Source: a virus
Lineage: Duplodnaviria > Heunggongvirae > Uroviricota > Caudoviricetes
Length of the DNA: 53,515 nucleotides
Reading direction: 5' to 3' (one strand)
Virus record (IMG/VR): IMGVR_UViG_3300036828_000767
Span: 1 to 53,515 of that record
Below, in pieces: positions 51,765-53,515 of the stretch. The position numbers and the translations under genes were made by a program. Below the pieces are notes generated by a model that did not search any database, was not told where the DNA came from, and saw only the letters and a program-made list of their open reading frames with translations. Position 1 is the stretch's first letter. The number at the start of each line of letters is the position of its first letter.

Positions 51765-51967
51765 CCCGTGAACTTGTGCTTCTCACGTTCCACAACTGGG
51801 GCGCGCTGACCAACTTCGACGTCAGCGAGGCGTGCGACCGTGCCCGGGACAACCCGGGGACGCGGCAGCGGCTGACCATCAGCGAGAATTGGTTCGCCGA
51901 CATCACCTACGAAGACGGCGACTATACCCTGGCGCAGGGCAGGACGATGCAAGGAGGCGGGCGCTGA
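51761..51967 (+). CDS. Hypothetical protein
   Basis: GTGA and TGATG overlaps. Confidence 0.55.
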   Translation: MTRELVLLTFHNWGALTNFDVSEACDRARDNPGTRQRLTISENWFADITYEDGDYTLAQGRTMQGGGR

Positions 51968-52275
51968 TGATTCATTCCTATTACCGGGCGCAGCAGATCG
52001 GCGGGTATTCCGGCCCGGTGGATTGTGTCCTCGCCGACGCGACGTCGTTGCGTCTTGATGCGCAGCTTCACGCTGAGGCGAACGGCAGCGGGATGGTGGG
52101 GTCGCTGACGTTGAAGGGCGGTGTGACGCACCTGTTCCACGGCGGCGACGCGGTGACGTTGCGGCTGATTAACACGCTCCCGGCGGGGATGGAGCGGAAG
52201 TTTGTGGTGTCGGGCGTGGTGACAACATCCCGCGCGGATTTCGCGCAGGTCGGCTCGGTTGGGGGCTGGTTCTGA
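51967..52275 (+). CDS. Hypothetical protein
   Basis: GGAGG upstream; TGATG overlaps at both ends. Confidence 0.55.
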   Translation: MIHSYYRAQQIGGYSGPVDCVLADATSLRLDAQLHAEANGSGMVGSLTLKGGVTHLFHGGDAVTLRLINTLPAGMERKFVVSGVVTTSRADFAQVGSVGGWF

Positions 52276-52601
52276 TGACGTGGCGTAAGTCCAGTTACAG
52301 CGCGTGCAACGGCAACTGCGTAGAGATTGACATGGACTGGTACAAGTCCAGCCGCAGTGCGTACAACGGCTCTTGCCTCGAAGTCGCTTACCGCAAATCC
52401 AGCCGCAGCAACGGCGACAGTTACTGCCTGGAGGCTGCTTACCGCAAATCCAGCCGCAGCAACTTCCACAGTTGCTGCACCGAGGCTGCCCTGCGCAGCG
52501 GGACCGTGCTGGTGCGGGACTCCAAACTGGGCGACGCCTCTCCGGTGCTGGAGTTCAGTCCGGCTGCGTGGGCGGACTTCATCGGTGGGATCAAGGGGTA
52601 G
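52275..52601 (+). CDS. DUF397 (BldB-like) protein with four tandem KSSxS...C motifs
   Basis: WRKSSYS..NGNCVE and three more copies; VLVRDSK...VLEFSPAAWADFI. Confidence 0.9.
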   Translation: MTWRKSSYSACNGNCVEIDMDWYKSSRSAYNGSCLEVAYRKSSRSNGDSYCLEAAYRKSSRSNFHSCCTEAALRSGTVLVRDSKLGDASPVLEFSPAAWADFIGGIKG

Positions 52602-52611
52602 TCACCGCTAA

Positions 52612-52624
52612 GGTGGTATACTAG
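52612..52624 (+). promoter_or_regulatory. 13-bp extended -10 element GGTGGTATACTAG (copy 2)
   Basis: Identical to 50197-50209; ATG at 52630. Confidence 0.75.
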
Positions 52625-52629
52625 ATGGT

Positions 52630-52884
52630 ATGACCACGGTCCTGCGTACCGAGCACAACGCCCGGCACGCCTACCGCTGTGACTCATGCCGCAACCCCAT
52701 CCACCCGGGACAACGGTACGAACGTATCGCCATTCCCCCCAACAGTGACATTGGTAACACTGGCTGGTTTCATCACCGGCAGCACATCCCGCCAGGGGCC
52801 TGCAACTGGGGCGAACCCGACCACGTACACACCACCACCTGCCTTGAATGCGACCAGCTCGACCTTTTCCAGGAGCCCCTATGA
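52630..52884 (+). CDS. Zn-binding hypothetical protein
   Basis: ARHAYRCDSC...IHPGQRY...CLEC. Confidence 0.65.
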   Translation: MTTVLRTEHNARHAYRCDSCRNPIHPGQRYERIAIPPNSDIGNTGWFHHRQHIPPGACNWGEPDHVHTTTCLECDQLDLFQEPL

Positions 52885-53090
52885 CAGATTGGTCTTTGCT
52901 TGGCATGGACCTTATCCCGCCGGACGATGACGAAAACGACCTGCAACAGCCTCTCGACGCCCTCACCATCGTCAAAGGCTTCGACTCGAACGGAGAAATA
53001 GCCTGGTGGCTCGCCAGGACGCCTGACCTTAACGACATGGAGACCGTAGGCATGCTCCACTGGGCACTGAAGAAGATCGAAGACACGTGA
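52881..53090 (+). CDS. Hypothetical protein
   Basis: AGGAG RBS, ATGA overlap. Confidence 0.6.
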   Translation: MTDWSLLGMDLIPPDDDENDLQQPLDALTIVKGFDSNGEIAWWLARTPDLNDMETVGMLHWALKKIEDT

Positions 53091-53302
53091 GCGTTGAGAT
53101 AACCGATGGCCAGCGCGCTGAGCTAGTAAGGGCGCTGGCCGACGCCATTTACTATCGGGGCGATGTCGAATCCGGCCCAGATTCGTGCCACGACTGTCAG
53201 ATGGACCCGGACGGCACCTGCGACGACCACTTGAACGACATGCAAATGGCCGAAACCTGGCGGGAACTGCGCGCCTTCCTGTGGCGGGAAGGAGACGAGT
53301 AG
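53087..53302 (+). CDS. Hypothetical protein (CHDC...CDDH)
   Basis: GTGA overlap, 71 aa. Confidence 0.6.
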   Translation: MSVEITDGQRAELVRALADAIYYRGDVESGPDSCHDCQMDPDGTCDDHLNDMQMAETWRELRAFLWREGDE

Positions 53303-53311
53303 TATGCCAGA

Positions 53312-53515
53312 GTGCCTATCCGGCCGGAGAACAAGCACCGGTACCCGGCTAACTGGAACGACATTTCCAGGGCGATCAAGGAACGCGCCGGGTGGCGGTG
53401 CGAATGCCTGGGCGAATGTGGCCGCGGCACCCACGACGGGCGCTGCCCCAACGAACACGGCATGCCCGCGTATGGGAGCGGGTCCAAGGTGATCCTCACC
53501 ACCGCCCACCTGAAC
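53312..53515 (+). CDS. HNH-family protein, partial (runs off right edge)
   Basis: MPIRPENKHRYPANWNDISRAIKERAGWRCECLGEC...VILTTAHLN; frame not in ORF track. Confidence 0.8.
   Translation, partial: MPIRPENKHRYPANWNDISRAIKERAGWRCECLGECGRGTHDGRCPNEHGMPAYGSGSKVILTTAHLN

Larger units (their letters stand above)
1..53515. mobile_element. Tailed phage/prophage segment (HK97-fold, siphovirus-like) of an actinomycete
   Basis: Terminase, portal, protease-capsid, tail tube, chaperone, tape measure and Dit in near-canonical order, plus many small accessory ORFs; no host housekeeping genes seen. Confidence 0.96.

Noticed and set aside
1-53515. tRNA, rRNA, integrase/att, endolysin/holin and replication genes
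   Set aside because: None recognised; both ends cut genes, so they may lie outside, and temperate versus virulent lifestyle cannot be settled here.

Overview
The whole window (GC-rich) is a tailed phage or prophage segment, most likely a siphovirus of a filamentous actinomycete; the host inference rests on BldC-like and DUF397 genes and many leaderless promoters. The minus strand from about 42.8 kb leftwards holds the virion operon: terS, terL, portal, a 1190-aa prohead-protease/major-capsid fusion, head-tail adaptor, tail tube, a frameshifting tail chaperone, a tape measure protein with NlpC/P60 and lysozyme-like domains, Dit, and a 1678-aa modular glycosidase-like spike. About 10 kb of the late operon (22.9-32.8 kb) is a glycosylation island with seven glycosyltransferases (GT4, four GT2-like, GT17-like, GT13-like), an NDP-sugar epimerase, a sugar C-methyltransferase, a cupin and an FkbM methyltransferase. 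Inside it is a translationally coupled trio: a 55-aa protein copying the major-capsid N-arm motif (VDSAGG[F/Y]AVPFQLD) with codons diverged at synonymous sites, a Tad1/Acb2-like protein and a small Zn finger. The right arm has many small genes, including a near-copy of BldC, a four-repeat DUF397, a ParB-N/ABC-GNAT pair, ASCH, vWA and two micropeptides ending in PxM[HY][YH]H[GA], one with a signal peptide. Five HNH nucleases are scattered through the window. No integrase, lysis cassette, replication gene, tRNA or CRISPR array was seen. Family assignments come from recalled motifs, not database searches.
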